Below, piece by piece: positions 36,697-46,201 of a DNA stretch of 64,000 nucleotides. The translations under genes were made by a program, and so were the position numbers. Position 1 is the first letter of the stretch; every line of letters begins with the position of its first letter. This DNA is from an uncultured Chloroflexia bacterium (GTDB lineage: Bacteria > Chloroflexota > Limnocylindria > Limnocylindrales > CSP1-4), in the NCBI GenBank assembly GCA_963748625.1, contig CAVVJT010000010.1, positions 672,001 through 736,000 of the forward strand. Direction: 5' to 3'. A model generated the notes under the pieces. It worked only from the letters and a program-made list of their open reading frames with translations, was not told where the DNA came from and did not search any database.

Positions 36697-37012
36697 CCCC
36701 GCGCCACCAGTGCGGCCCTGCCGCCCGGCGTGCCCTGCCGCCCGGCGGGCCTTGTGAGCGGAAGTGCGCACGTTGAGGCCGCCAGGCGGGACGATCGGCC
36801 CGAAACCGGGCGGACGCGGCCCGACCTGCCCGCTCGGCGGTGGGGCTGCGCGGAATCCCGCACGCAGGGCCCGCTGGACGGGAGCCGGACCTGACCCCGC
36901 ATCGGGGCCCATGCCCGGCCACCACGAAACGAAGGGATGAACCCGGCAGGAGCCTGTCGGGGGCTCGGCCGCTGCCCGTGGGCAGACTTGACGGAATACG
37001 GCATGATTTCCG

Positions 37013-37057
37013 CCGCAACAACCTCGGGCCATACGCACCGCAACAACCTCGGGCCAT
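37013..37057 (+). repeat. 20-bp direct repeat (25-bp period) upstream of the VanW gene
   Basis: CCGCAACAACCTCGGGCCAT at 37013 and 37038. Confidence 0.85.
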
Positions 37058-37083
37058 TCCCGCCCCCGCACGCCAGGACTCCG

Positions 37084-39030
37084 TTGACCGACTCCGCCCC
37101 CGACGCCCAGTCCGCCTCGTCGCCGGACGCTGCCCCTGCCGCTGCCGACCTCACGGCGCCTGCCGAACCGGTCGTGCCGGTCAAGCCCGTCGGCGCGATC
37201 GATCCGGCCCCTGCGGTCCGACGGCCGGGTCACCACCGCAAGCGTCGCTGGGTGCTGGTTGGGTTCCTTGTCCTGCTGGTGCTCCTCGCGCTCGGCGCTG
37301 GCGGTGCCGCGGCGGGTGCCGCGACGTGGGATGCCGGCTACGCGGAGCGGGTGCTGCCCGGCGTGACGGCCGGCGGGGTGGACCTCTCGGATATGACGCG
37401 CGACGAGGCGATCGCCGCGCTGGAGGCCGCGTACCCCGTTGACCAGGGCAGCGTGGTGCTGCAGACGCCGGCGGGCGACATCGAGATCACGTACGCCAGC
37501 GTGGGCCGGAGCGTGGACGCGGCTGCTGTGGTGGACGAGGCGCTCGCAATGGGCAAGGCGGGTGACCTGCCGACAAGGCTCCCGGAGGAGATCAGGATCG
37601 CGCTCGACGGGGCGACGCTCCCCGCGCCCGAGCTCCGGCTCGATGAGGCGGCGCTCGAGACGGCCATCCGCGATGCGCTCGCGCCCATGGCCGTCGCCCC
37701 CGTCAGCGCAACCGTCACCATGACGCCCGAGGGTCCCGTGACGACCCCGGCCGCCGAGGGCAGCAGCGTGGACCCGGAGCCCGCGGTCGCAGTCGCCCTG
37801 GCGGCCCTGCGCCGGATGGACGCCCCTGCCACCGTGAGCATCCCCGTCGAGCCGACCCAGCTGGAGCCTGGCGTCACCGATGCCGAGGTCGCCGAGGCGA
37901 TCGCTGCCGCCGAGCGCCTGGCGGGCGACGTCCAGCTCAAGTTCAAGAAGAAGACCTGGACTATCAAGGCGCCGACGGTGCAGACGTGGATCTCCTTCAC
38001 CGGCGGGGACGAGTCGGTCCGCCCGCAGGTGGATGCGACCAGGATCCCCGAGGCGAAGGCCTTCACGAAGGCCCGCAAGACGGTCAAGGAGAAGCCCCAG
38101 TCCGCGGTCTTCCTGCGCACCAAGTCCGGCAAGATCTTCGGTGTGGCGCCCGGCGCCTACGGCCGCAAGCTGGACCCGGCGGGCACCGCCGACCGCGTTG
38201 TCGCCGAGCTCGCCTCTCGCCTGACCGGGGCCAAGCCCGCGGCCGTGAAGGTCGCGATGGTGGACGTGGAGCCGGAGGTCACCACCGAGGAGGCCGGCAA
38301 GAAGGCTCCGGTGATGACCAGGCTCGGGACATGGACCACGTGGTTCACGATCTCGGACCGCAACTACTTCGGCGCCAACATCTGGAAGCCCGCCCAGTAC
38401 ATCAACGGCACCGTCCTGCGGCCCGGCCAGTCGTTCGAGTGGTGGAGCGCCATCGGCCCGGTCACCTCCGCGCGCGGCTTCGGCGCCGGCGGCGTCATCC
38501 GCGGCAGCTACACCGATCCGACGGGCGCCATGGGCGGCGGCATGTGCTCGAGCTCCACGACGCTGTTCAACGCCGCACTGCGCGCCGGCCTGCGCATGGG
38601 CGCGCGCGACAACCACAAGTACTACATCAGCCGCTATCCGCTCGGCCTGGACGCGACAGTCTGGATCATGGGCGGCGGGGTGCAGTCGATGACGTTCACG
38701 AACGACATGCCCACGCCGATCCTGATCCGCGGACTCCGCACCCGCAGCGGCGGCACGGGCTACGTGACGTACGAGATCTGGGGCAAGCCCGACGGGCGCA
38801 AGGTCAGCATCAGCCGGCCCAGCGTCAGCAATGTCGTGAAGGCCACCACCCGCACCGAGTACACCGACGACCTGCCCAAGGGCCAGCGGATGCAGGTGGA
38901 GTACCCGGCCAACCAGATGGATGTCGCCGTGACACGGGTGGTGCGCAACGCCAAGGGCAACGTCATCCACAACGAGACCTGGCGGACGCACTACATCCGC
39001 TGGGACGGCCTGATCCAGGTGGGCCGCTGA
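37084..39030 (+). CDS. VanW-family protein with N-terminal TM, putative peptidoglycan-binding region and G5-like C-terminus
   Basis: VLPGVTAGGVDLS, INGTVLRPGQSF, GGGMC..STTLFNA, YPLGLDATV and FTND; start uncertain. Confidence 0.85.
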   Translation: MTDSAPDAQSASSPDAAPAAADLTAPAEPVVPVKPVGAIDPAPAVRRPGHHRKRRWVLVGFLVLLVLLALGAGGAAAGAATWDAGYAERVLPGVTAGGVDLSDMTRDEAIAALEAAYPVDQGSVVLQTPAGDIEITYASVGRSVDAAAVVDEALAMGKAGDLPTRLPEEIRIALDGATLPAPELRLDEAALETAIRDALAPMAVAPVSATVTMTPEGPVTTPAAEGSSVDPEPAVAVALAALRRMDAPATVSIPVEPTQLEPGVTDAEVAEAIAAAERLAGDVQLKFKKKTWTIKAPTVQTWISFTGGDESVRPQVDATRIPEAKAFTKARKTVKEKPQSAVFLRTKSGKIFGVAPGAYGRKLDPAGTADRVVAELASRLTGAKPAAVKVAMVDVEPEVTTEEAGKKAPVMTRLGTWTTWFTISDRNYFGANIWKPAQYINGTVLRPGQSFEWWSAIGPVTSARGFGAGGVIRGSYTDPTGAMGGGMCSSSTTLFNAALRAGLRMGARDNHKYYISRYPLGLDATVWIMGGGVQSMTFTNDMPTPILIRGLRTRSGGTGYVTYEIWGKPDGRKVSISRPSVSNVVKATTRTEYTDDLPKGQRMQVEYPANQMDVAVTRVVRNAKGNVIHNETWRTHYIRWDGLIQVGR

Positions 39031-39048
39031 CGCTGTCAACGGCGGCGG

Positions 39049-40910
39049 CTACGGCGATGGCTGGGGCGTCGCGTCGATCGGCATGAAGTGGTTGGGCGAG
39101 GCGGGCGACTGCGGCGGGTCCAGGCGTCCGACCACCTGCCAGCTCCGCGCCGCCTCCGGGTCCGGCGCGTTGGGGTTCCGCAGGAGGCGCACGAGGTACG
39201 TGCCACGCTGGGGTGCCGGGACGGCGGCGTCGGGAAGCGGTGACGGGGCGTACTGGCTGTAGGCGCTGTACTGCACGCGGATCGCCGGGGATGGCTGCTC
39301 GTCCGAGATGGCCCCGTCCGTGAGTTGCGTCGCCTGGACCTCATCGCGCGTGAGCCATGCGGGCGGACACGTCACGAACGCGGTGTCCGTGAGGCCCTCC
39401 ACACCGATCTGCAGAAGGCAGTGCTGGAGCGGCCCGGCAACGAGCCAGCCATCCACGGCGACGGTCACCGGCCCGCGGGGCATCATCCCGAGGTCCTCGA
39501 GGACCGCGACCTCTGCCGTGAAGCCGCCGTCCTCGGCGAAGGAGCCGAGCCAGCCGAGGTATTCGAGTCCGACCGGGAGGACCCGGAACGCCAGGGGTCC
39601 GTCCAGCATGAACGACGACTCTGGGTCGAGCTGTGCCGCCGTTATGTCGGCCATGGTGACCTGCTCGGTCGTGCCGGCCAGGTCCCATTGGTTGCATGGT
39701 GCCGGGTTGCGCCCGCACGCTCGCTGATTGGCGAGAACCTTGCCCTCGACGAAGACGACCCTGCCGAGGAGCGCGTCGCGGTCGGCGCTGAGCTGGGCTC
39801 CCAGTTCCGCGGGCAACTGGATGGAGACGAGGTCCGCCGGCGCGGTCGTGGGCGCAGACGACTGCGTCACGCCGGGGTCGGGCAGCGCGTCCAGGCGGCC
39901 CACCACCAGCCAGCCGCGGCATCCCTCGCAGCCCTTGGTCTCGGCGGTGACCAGGCGGACGAGGTAGAGGCCGCGGCGCGGCTCATCGTTGCCGCCGACT
40001 CCCGGGCTGACCGGCGACGGAGCGAACTCCCGGTACGCACCGTACTGCACGAGGACCGCCGTGTCGGGGATGTCCATGCGCCCGCCGTTCTCGCCCTCGG
40101 GCGTCGCCGGCAGCACCGGCGCATCAGCGAGGAACGCACGGAGGCCGGGGCAGTCGAAGGGGGCCGGGGCTGCTCCGGGAAGACCGGACCGCAGGACGGC
40201 AGGTTGACGCCCGCCAGCCACGCGTCCACGGCGACGACGCGCCCGTCGGGGGTGGCCGACTCGAGCGCCTTGAGGCCGGCCACGTCAACGGCGCCCGTCA
40301 CTCCATCGGCCAGGTCCACGTGGCCGAGGAGCTCGAGCGGGCCGGACGCCGCGATGCGCAGGGCGACGGGACCGCGCAGCTCCGTGGCGGTCAGCGGGAT
40401 CGGCTTGATGCGCTCCCGCTCGGCCACCGCCGCCCGGCCGATGTCCGGGTCGAGCCCCTCGACGACCCCGACCTCCGTGCAGAGGGTCCCCGGGTCGCTA
40501 TCGCAAGCGATCCAAGGCGTGCCGCCGGGCGGGATGATCCCAGCCGACGTCACGACCGTCCGCGGTGCAAGGTCGCCCGCTCGCACCGCCAGGATCACCG
40601 CCTCGAGGGCGGCCGCATCGAGCACCTCCACCACTGCCGGGGGTTCGGACGCGGGCTGCCCGGAGGGTGTGGCAGTCGCCGCAGGCCCGGGCTGCAGCGC
40701 GGGGATGCCGACGGTGACGGCCAGGGCCGTCACGGCCACGGCGGCCGCCACGAGGGCCAGCACGCCGCGCCACGAGCGCCCCGCCCGGGTGCCGGCGTCC
40801 GCCTCATCGGTCGGGAGGGAGGCCAGCATCGCCCGAAGGGTGTCCGGCGCATCGGGCAGTGGCGCCCCGTGAAGCGCGTCCCGCAGCCGGCGCTCGCGGT
40901 CGTCGCTCAT
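39049..40910 (-). CDS. Putative anti-sigma/membrane sensor of about 620 aa with a duplicated extracytoplasmic domain (1-bp frameshift near 40165)
   Basis: ATGA-coupled to the ECF sigma; N-terminal ERRLRDAL..APDTLR, then a TM helix; one added C in a C-run joins the two ORFs. Confidence 0.65.
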
Positions 40911-41473
40911 GGCCGCTCCCCTTCCCCATCGAGCACCGGCCCGAGCCGCCCCAGCGCCCGGTGCAGCCTGGACTTCACGGTCCCGATCGGCCAGCCGGTC
41001 CGCACGGCCACGTCGGCCAGCGTCAGGTCGGCCCAGTAGTGGAGGACCACGACCACCCGTTCATCGGGCTCCAGGACCGCGAGCGCCCGGAGCGCGGCGT
41101 CCCGCTCCAGCACGTCCCGGAACGGATCGGCGACGGTCCCGCCGTGCGCTTCCCCGTCAAGCTCGATGAAGCGGATCCTCCCCGCACGGCGCAGGCGGTC
41201 ACGGCAGACGTTCACCAGGATTCGGTCGAACCAGGGTTCAAAGCCCGCCGGGTCTCGCAGGGACCCAAGGCCGCGCCACGCCCGCAGGAGCGCCTCCTGC
41301 ACCGCGTCCTCGGCGTCGGCGCGCCTGCCGAGCAGGAGACCGGCCAGCCGGTAGGCGCGGTCGAGCCCGCGGTCCGCCTGCCGCAGGAACCGTTCCCGGG
41401 CGGCATCGCCCCCAGAGGTTTCCAGCGTCCTCTCCCATCGGCTGCCGGGACGCACCAGCGCGAGTGCTCGCAT
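40907..41473 (-). CDS. ECF RNA polymerase sigma factor
   Basis: AEDAVQEALLRAW, WFDRILVNVCRDRLR and GTVKSRLHRA; start uncertain. Confidence 0.9.
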   Translation of the reverse strand: MRALALVRPGSRWERTLETSGGDAARERFLRQADRGLDRAYRLAGLLLGRRADAEDAVQEALLRAWRGLGSLRDPAGFEPWFDRILVNVCRDRLRRAGRIRFIELDGEAHGGTVADPFRDVLERDAALRALAVLEPDERVVVVLHYWADLTLADVAVRTGWPIGTVKSRLHRALGRLGPVLDGEGERP

Positions 41474-41485
41474 CGTACCCATCCA

Positions 41486-41510
41486 GACGACTGGCGGACC
41501 GGAACGGTTC
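41486..41510 (-). promoter_or_regulatory. Candidate ECF-type autoregulatory promoter
   Basis: GAACC-16 nt-CGTC directly upstream of the sigma gene. Confidence 0.55.
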
Positions 41511-41651
41511 TCGGGCGAGCCGGACCAGCTTCCAGGGCGACCCGGACTCCACCGGCACGGACGCCCTGACAGCCTGCGGGTTCGAACCCGATACTCCCCC
41601 CATGCCGAAGCACACCGATCCCGCCCGCGGGCTATTCCCGGTCTCCCGGAC

Positions 41652-42506
41652 ATGAGCCGCCGGCCATTCCTGCTGCTGCTCCCGCTCCTCGCTGCGGCGC
41701 TGGTCGTGGGCGCGTGCGGGCCTACCACGCCGTCGGTGACCGGTGCGCCCACCGCGGTCGCCACGTCCGGACCGATCTCCCCGGCACCGGGCGGCCCCGC
41801 AGAAATCCAGGTCTATGCCGCAGCCTCGCTCGAGCACGTCCTCGTCGAGCTCGCCCGGGCGTACGAGGGCGGCCACCCGGGCACGACCCTCGCCGTCATC
41901 TCGGGCTCGTCGGCGGCCCTCGCGGGCAGCATCGAGGAGGGGGCGCCCGCCGACATTCTCCTCTCGGCCGACACCGCGATCCCCCAGCGGCTCGCGGACG
42001 CAGGGCGGACCACCGGCGACGTGACGATCTTCGCGGGCAACGAGCTCGCGCTCATCGTGCCCGCGGGCAACCCGGCCATGGTCCTGGCGCCCGGCGACAT
42101 GGCCAACACCGACGTGAAGGTCGTCGCCGCGGCGGAGGATGCGCCGATCACCGCCTACACGAGGCAGCTGTTCGACCAGCTCGCCGGGCTCGAGACCTAT
42201 CCGGACGACATCGCCGCCCGCTACGAGTCGAACGTGGTCTCGCGGGAGGACGACGTGCGCGGCATCGTGGCCAGGGTCGCGGCGGACGAGGGCGACGCCG
42301 GCATCGTCTACCTGACCGACGCCAAGGCGTCCAAGGACACCCAGACCATTGCCATCCCGAGCGAGTTCAACGTCGCCGCGAGCTACGGCGCGGTGGCGCT
42401 GAAGGGGTCTGCCAACGACGAGGCCGCGGCGGGATTCCTTGCCTGGCTCACCAGCACCGAGGCGCAGGACATCCTGGCCTCGTTCGGGTTCCGGCCGGTC
42501 GCCTGA
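41652..42506 (+). CDS. modA: Molybdate ABC transporter substrate-binding lipoprotein
   Basis: Lipobox VGAC, YAAASL, SGSSAAL, GAPADILLSA and DAGIVYLTD. Confidence 0.85.
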   Translation: MSRRPFLLLLPLLAAALVVGACGPTTPSVTGAPTAVATSGPISPAPGGPAEIQVYAAASLEHVLVELARAYEGGHPGTTLAVISGSSAALAGSIEEGAPADILLSADTAIPQRLADAGRTTGDVTIFAGNELALIVPAGNPAMVLAPGDMANTDVKVVAAAEDAPITAYTRQLFDQLAGLETYPDDIAARYESNVVSREDDVRGIVARVAADEGDAGIVYLTDAKASKDTQTIAIPSEFNVAASYGAVALKGSANDEAAAGFLAWLTSTEAQDILASFGFRPVA

Positions 42507-42605
42507 ACGGGGCAGCGGCCCGCGACTGCTCCGGACCGCGGGGCCGGTCCGCCGAGTAGCCTGGCGAAGCACGCTGACCGTGCCAACGGTCGGACGCCGC
42601 GCAGG

Positions 42606-42634
42606 TTGACGCGCGGGAGCAGGGCCGGTACCGT
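42606..42634 (+). promoter_or_regulatory. Sigma70-type promoter of the aro operon
   Basis: TTGACG-17 nt-TACCGT. Confidence 0.7.
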
Positions 42635-42644
42635 CGGAAGCAGG

Positions 42645-42758
42645 ATGTGCGCCATCTATCGCTTTACCTGCCCGGCATGACCGCTCGAGGGGCCTAGCCC
42701 CCTCCGGACGGCGGGTCGTGCCGGGTGAGCAGAGGTCCAGGACCTCTGCTTTTTTGTT
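42645..42758 (+). promoter_or_regulatory. Attenuator: leader peptide MCAIYRFTCPA (42645-42680) and intrinsic terminator (42728-42758)
   Basis: uORF with TAT and TTT codons; CCCGGCATGACC pairs with GGTCGTGCCGGG; AGCAGAGGTC-CAG-GACCTCTGCT followed by TTTTTGTT. Confidence 0.75.
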
Positions 42759-42823
42759 CTCCGACGATGCGGCGGCGCGGGATCGCGCCCACCCACCTGC
42801 AGGGCAAGGGACCAGAGAGCCAG

Positions 42824-43885
42824 ATGTTCGTGGTGATGCGGACCGGGGCCAGCGAGGCCGAGGTCAACGGCGTGAAGGGGCTGATCCTCTCGGAGGGTCT
42901 CACCCCATTCGAGAACGCCGGCGCGGACCGGACGGTCATCGCGGTCGTCGGCGAGATCGGGCGGCGGCGCGACGCCCTTCGTTCACGGCTGGAGGGAACG
43001 CCCGGCGTCGCCACCGTGACGGCGATCACCAAGCCCTACAAGCTGGTCTCGCGGGAGTTCCACCCGGAGAACACGGTGATCCGGGTGCTCGACGCGGCTG
43101 TCGGTGACGGGTCGCTCACCGTGATGGCCGGCCCCTGCTCGGTGGAGAACCGCGACCAGCTCTTCGAGACCGTGGACTTCGTCGCCGCCCACGGCGCCAC
43201 GATCATCCGCGGTGGGGCCTTCAAGCCCCGGACCAGCCCGTACAGCTTCCAGGGCCTGGGCGTCGAGGGCCTGCGCTACCTCGCGGAGGCACGGGCCAGG
43301 ACCGGCCTGCCCGTGGTCACCGAGGTCATGGAGCCGTCCCAGGTGGACATCGTCGCCGAGTACAGCGACATCCTCCAGATCGGCACCCGGAACATGCAGA
43401 ACTTCTCGCTGCTGCTCGCGTGCGGGCGCGCGGGACGGCCCGTGATGCTCAAGCGCGGCTTCGGCAACACGATCGAGGAGTGGCTGATGGCCGCGGAGTA
43501 CATCGCGTCCGCCGGCAACAGCCAGATCATCCTGTGCGAGCGCGGCATCCGGACCTTCGACAACGCCACCCGCAACACGCTGGACCTGACGGCGGTGCCG
43601 CTGATGCACCACCTGACCCACCTGCCGGTCGTGATCGACCCGTCGCACGCCACCGGGAAGCGCTGGCTGGTCAAGCCGCTTGCGATCGCCGGGGTCGCGG
43701 TGGGTGCCGACGGCATCATGGTGGAGGTCCATCCCCGGCCGGACGAGGCGCTCTCGGACGCCGAGCAGCAGCTGGACTTCCCGATGTACGCCTCGATGAT
43801 GACGGCGATCACCGCCGTCCACGGGCACGTGGCGGACCTCCACGGCGACCATCTGCACCCCGCGGCCTCCGGCGGCCAGGGCTAG
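42824..43885 (+). CDS. aroF: DAHP synthase, type I-beta with N-terminal regulatory domain
   Basis: AGPCSVE, GGAFKPRTSPYSFQG, LKRG, CERGIR and DPSH. Confidence 0.95.
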   Translation: MFVVMRTGASEAEVNGVKGLILSEGLTPFENAGADRTVIAVVGEIGRRRDALRSRLEGTPGVATVTAITKPYKLVSREFHPENTVIRVLDAAVGDGSLTVMAGPCSVENRDQLFETVDFVAAHGATIIRGGAFKPRTSPYSFQGLGVEGLRYLAEARARTGLPVVTEVMEPSQVDIVAEYSDILQIGTRNMQNFSLLLACGRAGRPVMLKRGFGNTIEEWLMAAEYIASAGNSQIILCERGIRTFDNATRNTLDLTAVPLMHHLTHLPVVIDPSHATGKRWLVKPLAIAGVAVGADGIMVEVHPRPDEALSDAEQQLDFPMYASMMTAITAVHGHVADLHGDHLHPAASGGQG

Positions 43886-43899
43886 GCGCAGGCCGCGCC

Positions 43900-45255
43900 A
43901 TGGTGACCCCGGCGGGCATCCCCGCTGACGATGCGCTGGTCGTGCGCCCTGTGGCGCGCCTCCGCGGCCATCCGGCGCTGCCCGGCGACAAGAGCATCTC
44001 GCACCGGGCGCTGCTGCTCGCGCTGCTCGCGACCGGCGAGAGCCGGATCTCGGCGTCCGGCGACGGCGGTGACGTGCGCTCCACCGCCGGTGTCGTGCGC
44101 GCGCTGGGCGCCGTCGTGGAGCGGGTCGCGGAGCACGGCGGCCGCGTGGACTACCGGATCGTCTCTCCGGGCGGCGACGCCCTCGCCGAGCCCGAACAGA
44201 TCCTCGACTGCGGCAACTCGGGCACCACGACCCGCCTGGTCGCAGGCCTGCTCGCGGGCCGAGGGCTGTTCACCGTCCTCGACGGAGACGCGTCGCTGCG
44301 ACGGCGTCCGATGGGTCGCGTGGTGGAGCCGCTGCGCGCGATGGGTGCACTGATCACCGGCCGTCGGGACGACACGCTCCTGCCGCTCGCGATCCGGGGC
44401 CGCGCCCACCTGGCGCCGCTTGCCTACCGGACGCCCGTTCCCTCCGCGCAGGTGAAGTCCGCGATCCTGCTGGCCGGGCTTGCGGCCGATGGCGAGACGG
44501 TCGTGACCGAGGGGGTTGCCACGCGCGACCACACCGAGCGGATGCTGCGGGCACGGGGCATCGCGGTGCGCGAGGAGCTGGCTGCGGACGGCGCCCACAC
44601 GGTGCGCCTCACCGGACCGGCGGCGCCCGCCGCGATCGACGAGACCGTCCCCTCGGACCCGTCCGGCGCCGCCTTCTGGCTGGTCGCGGGCGCTGCCCAC
44701 CCCGACGCCGAGCTCTACCTCGATGGGGTGAGCACGAACCCGACCCGGCGTGCCATCATCGACATCCTCAGGCGCATGGGCGCCGACATCGAGGAGCAGG
44801 ACCGGCCGGCCCCGGGTGGACCGGACGGCGAGCCCCTCGCGGACCTCGTGGTGCGCTCCAGCAGCCTCCGGGGCATCGACCTGTCGCCCGTGGACGTCGC
44901 GTCCGCGATCGACGAGATCCCCGTGCTCTGCCTGGCCGCGGCCGCCGCAACCGGGACCACGCGGATCCGCGGCGTGGGCGAGCTCCGGCACAAGGAATCG
45001 GACCGGGTCGCGGGGATCGCGAACGGTCTGGCAGCGCTCGGTGCGGACATCCGCGTCGAGGGCGATGACATCGTGGTCCAGGGTGGCCGCCGCCTCACCG
45101 GGGCGGTCACGGAAACGCTTGACGATCACCGGCTGGCGATGACCTTCGCCGTGGCCGGCCTCATCGCCGAGGGCGAGACCGTCGTGCTCCGACCAGGGTC
45201 GGCGGCGATCTCGTACCCCGGCTTCTACCACGAACTCGAAGGGGTGCGAGCATGA
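43900..45255 (+). CDS. aroA: EPSP synthase
   Basis: PGDKSISHR, CGNSGTT, SAQVKSA, RDHTERML, KESDR and DHRLAM. Confidence 0.96.
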   Translation: MVTPAGIPADDALVVRPVARLRGHPALPGDKSISHRALLLALLATGESRISASGDGGDVRSTAGVVRALGAVVERVAEHGGRVDYRIVSPGGDALAEPEQILDCGNSGTTTRLVAGLLAGRGLFTVLDGDASLRRRPMGRVVEPLRAMGALITGRRDDTLLPLAIRGRAHLAPLAYRTPVPSAQVKSAILLAGLAADGETVVTEGVATRDHTERMLRARGIAVREELAADGAHTVRLTGPAAPAAIDETVPSDPSGAAFWLVAGAAHPDAELYLDGVSTNPTRRAIIDILRRMGADIEEQDRPAPGGPDGEPLADLVVRSSSLRGIDLSPVDVASAIDEIPVLCLAAAAATGTTRIRGVGELRHKESDRVAGIANGLAALGADIRVEGDDIVVQGGRRLTGAVTETLDDHRLAMTFAVAGLIAEGETVVLRPGSAAISYPGFYHELEGVRA

Positions 45256-46178
45256 CGAAGCGCGTCGTCCTCATCGGCCATCCGGTGGCCCACTCGCTGT
45301 CCGGCGCGATGCAGCAGGCCGGATTCGACAAGCTCGGCATCGACGCGCGCTACGAGCTCTGGGACAAGTCCCCCGCAGAGCTCGCCGAGGCGATCGCCGC
45401 GCTGCGCACCGAGGAGTTCCTGGGCGCCAACGTGACGATCCCCCACAAGGAGCGGGTCGTCCCCCTGATCGACCGGCTGACGGAGGAGGCCCACGCCACC
45501 GGTGCGGTCAACGCGATCACCAAGGAGGGCAAGAAGCTCGTCGGGCACAACACCGACGTGCCGGGCTTCAAGGTCGCCCTCGACAAGCTGGTGGGCAAGC
45601 AGAAGATGCCGCGCCACGCGGTGGTCCTCGGCGCCGGAGGGGGCGCTCGGGCCGTGGTCTACGGCCTGATCCGCGAGGGCTTCCAGCGCGTGATCGTGTT
45701 CAACCGCCATCTGCACCGCGGCGAGTCGATGGTCAAGCACTTCGCGAAGAGCTCGTCCCACATGGACCTGCGCGCGATGCCCTGGCACGAGTCGATCATC
45801 GAGGCAGAGCTGTCCAAGGCGAAGATCCTGGTCAACGCCACGTCCATCGGCCTGACCACCGACGAGTCGCCGATCCCGGGCGAGATCCTGACGCCCGACC
45901 TGCTCGTGCTGGACCTGATCTACAGCCAGACCCGGCTGCTGCGCGACGCCCAGAAGGCCGGCTGCACCACGGCCGACGGCGGCCAGATGCTGCTCCACCA
46001 GGGCGCAGCGGCGTTCTCCCTGTGGACGGGCCAGCCGGCCCCGCTCGAGGACATGCAGGCGGCTCTCGAGGATGCACGGGCCCATGGCGTCCGCTCGGCC
46101 GAGGGGGAGCCCGCGGGCGAGGCGGCCGAGACCACCGGGAACACCGCAGGCGAAGCGGCCGACGCCGCCGCCGTCTGA
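45252..46178 (+). CDS. aroE: Shikimate dehydrogenase
   Basis: GHPVAHSLS, ANVTIPHK, GHNTD, GAGGGAR and VNATSIG. Confidence 0.95.
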   Translation: MTKRVVLIGHPVAHSLSGAMQQAGFDKLGIDARYELWDKSPAELAEAIAALRTEEFLGANVTIPHKERVVPLIDRLTEEAHATGAVNAITKEGKKLVGHNTDVPGFKVALDKLVGKQKMPRHAVVLGAGGGARAVVYGLIREGFQRVIVFNRHLHRGESMVKHFAKSSSHMDLRAMPWHESIIEAELSKAKILVNATSIGLTTDESPIPGEILTPDLLVLDLIYSQTRLLRDAQKAGCTTADGGQMLLHQGAAAFSLWTGQPAPLEDMQAALEDARAHGVRSAEGEPAGEAAETTGNTAGEAADAAAV

Positions 46179-46201
46179 CGGACGCGACGGGCGCAACGGG
46201 C

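Noticed and set aside
36700-37010. c-di-AMP (ydaO) riboswitch upstream of the VanW gene
   Set aside because: The hallmark conserved segments are not present; only generic GC hairpins.
41511-41651. Moco riboswitch or ModE box upstream of modA
   Set aside because: I could not match the consensus elements by eye; an Rfam search would settle it.
42645-42760. T-box riboswitch for the aro operon
   Set aside because: Too short and lacks the GGTGG-ACC T-box motif; a leader peptide fits better.
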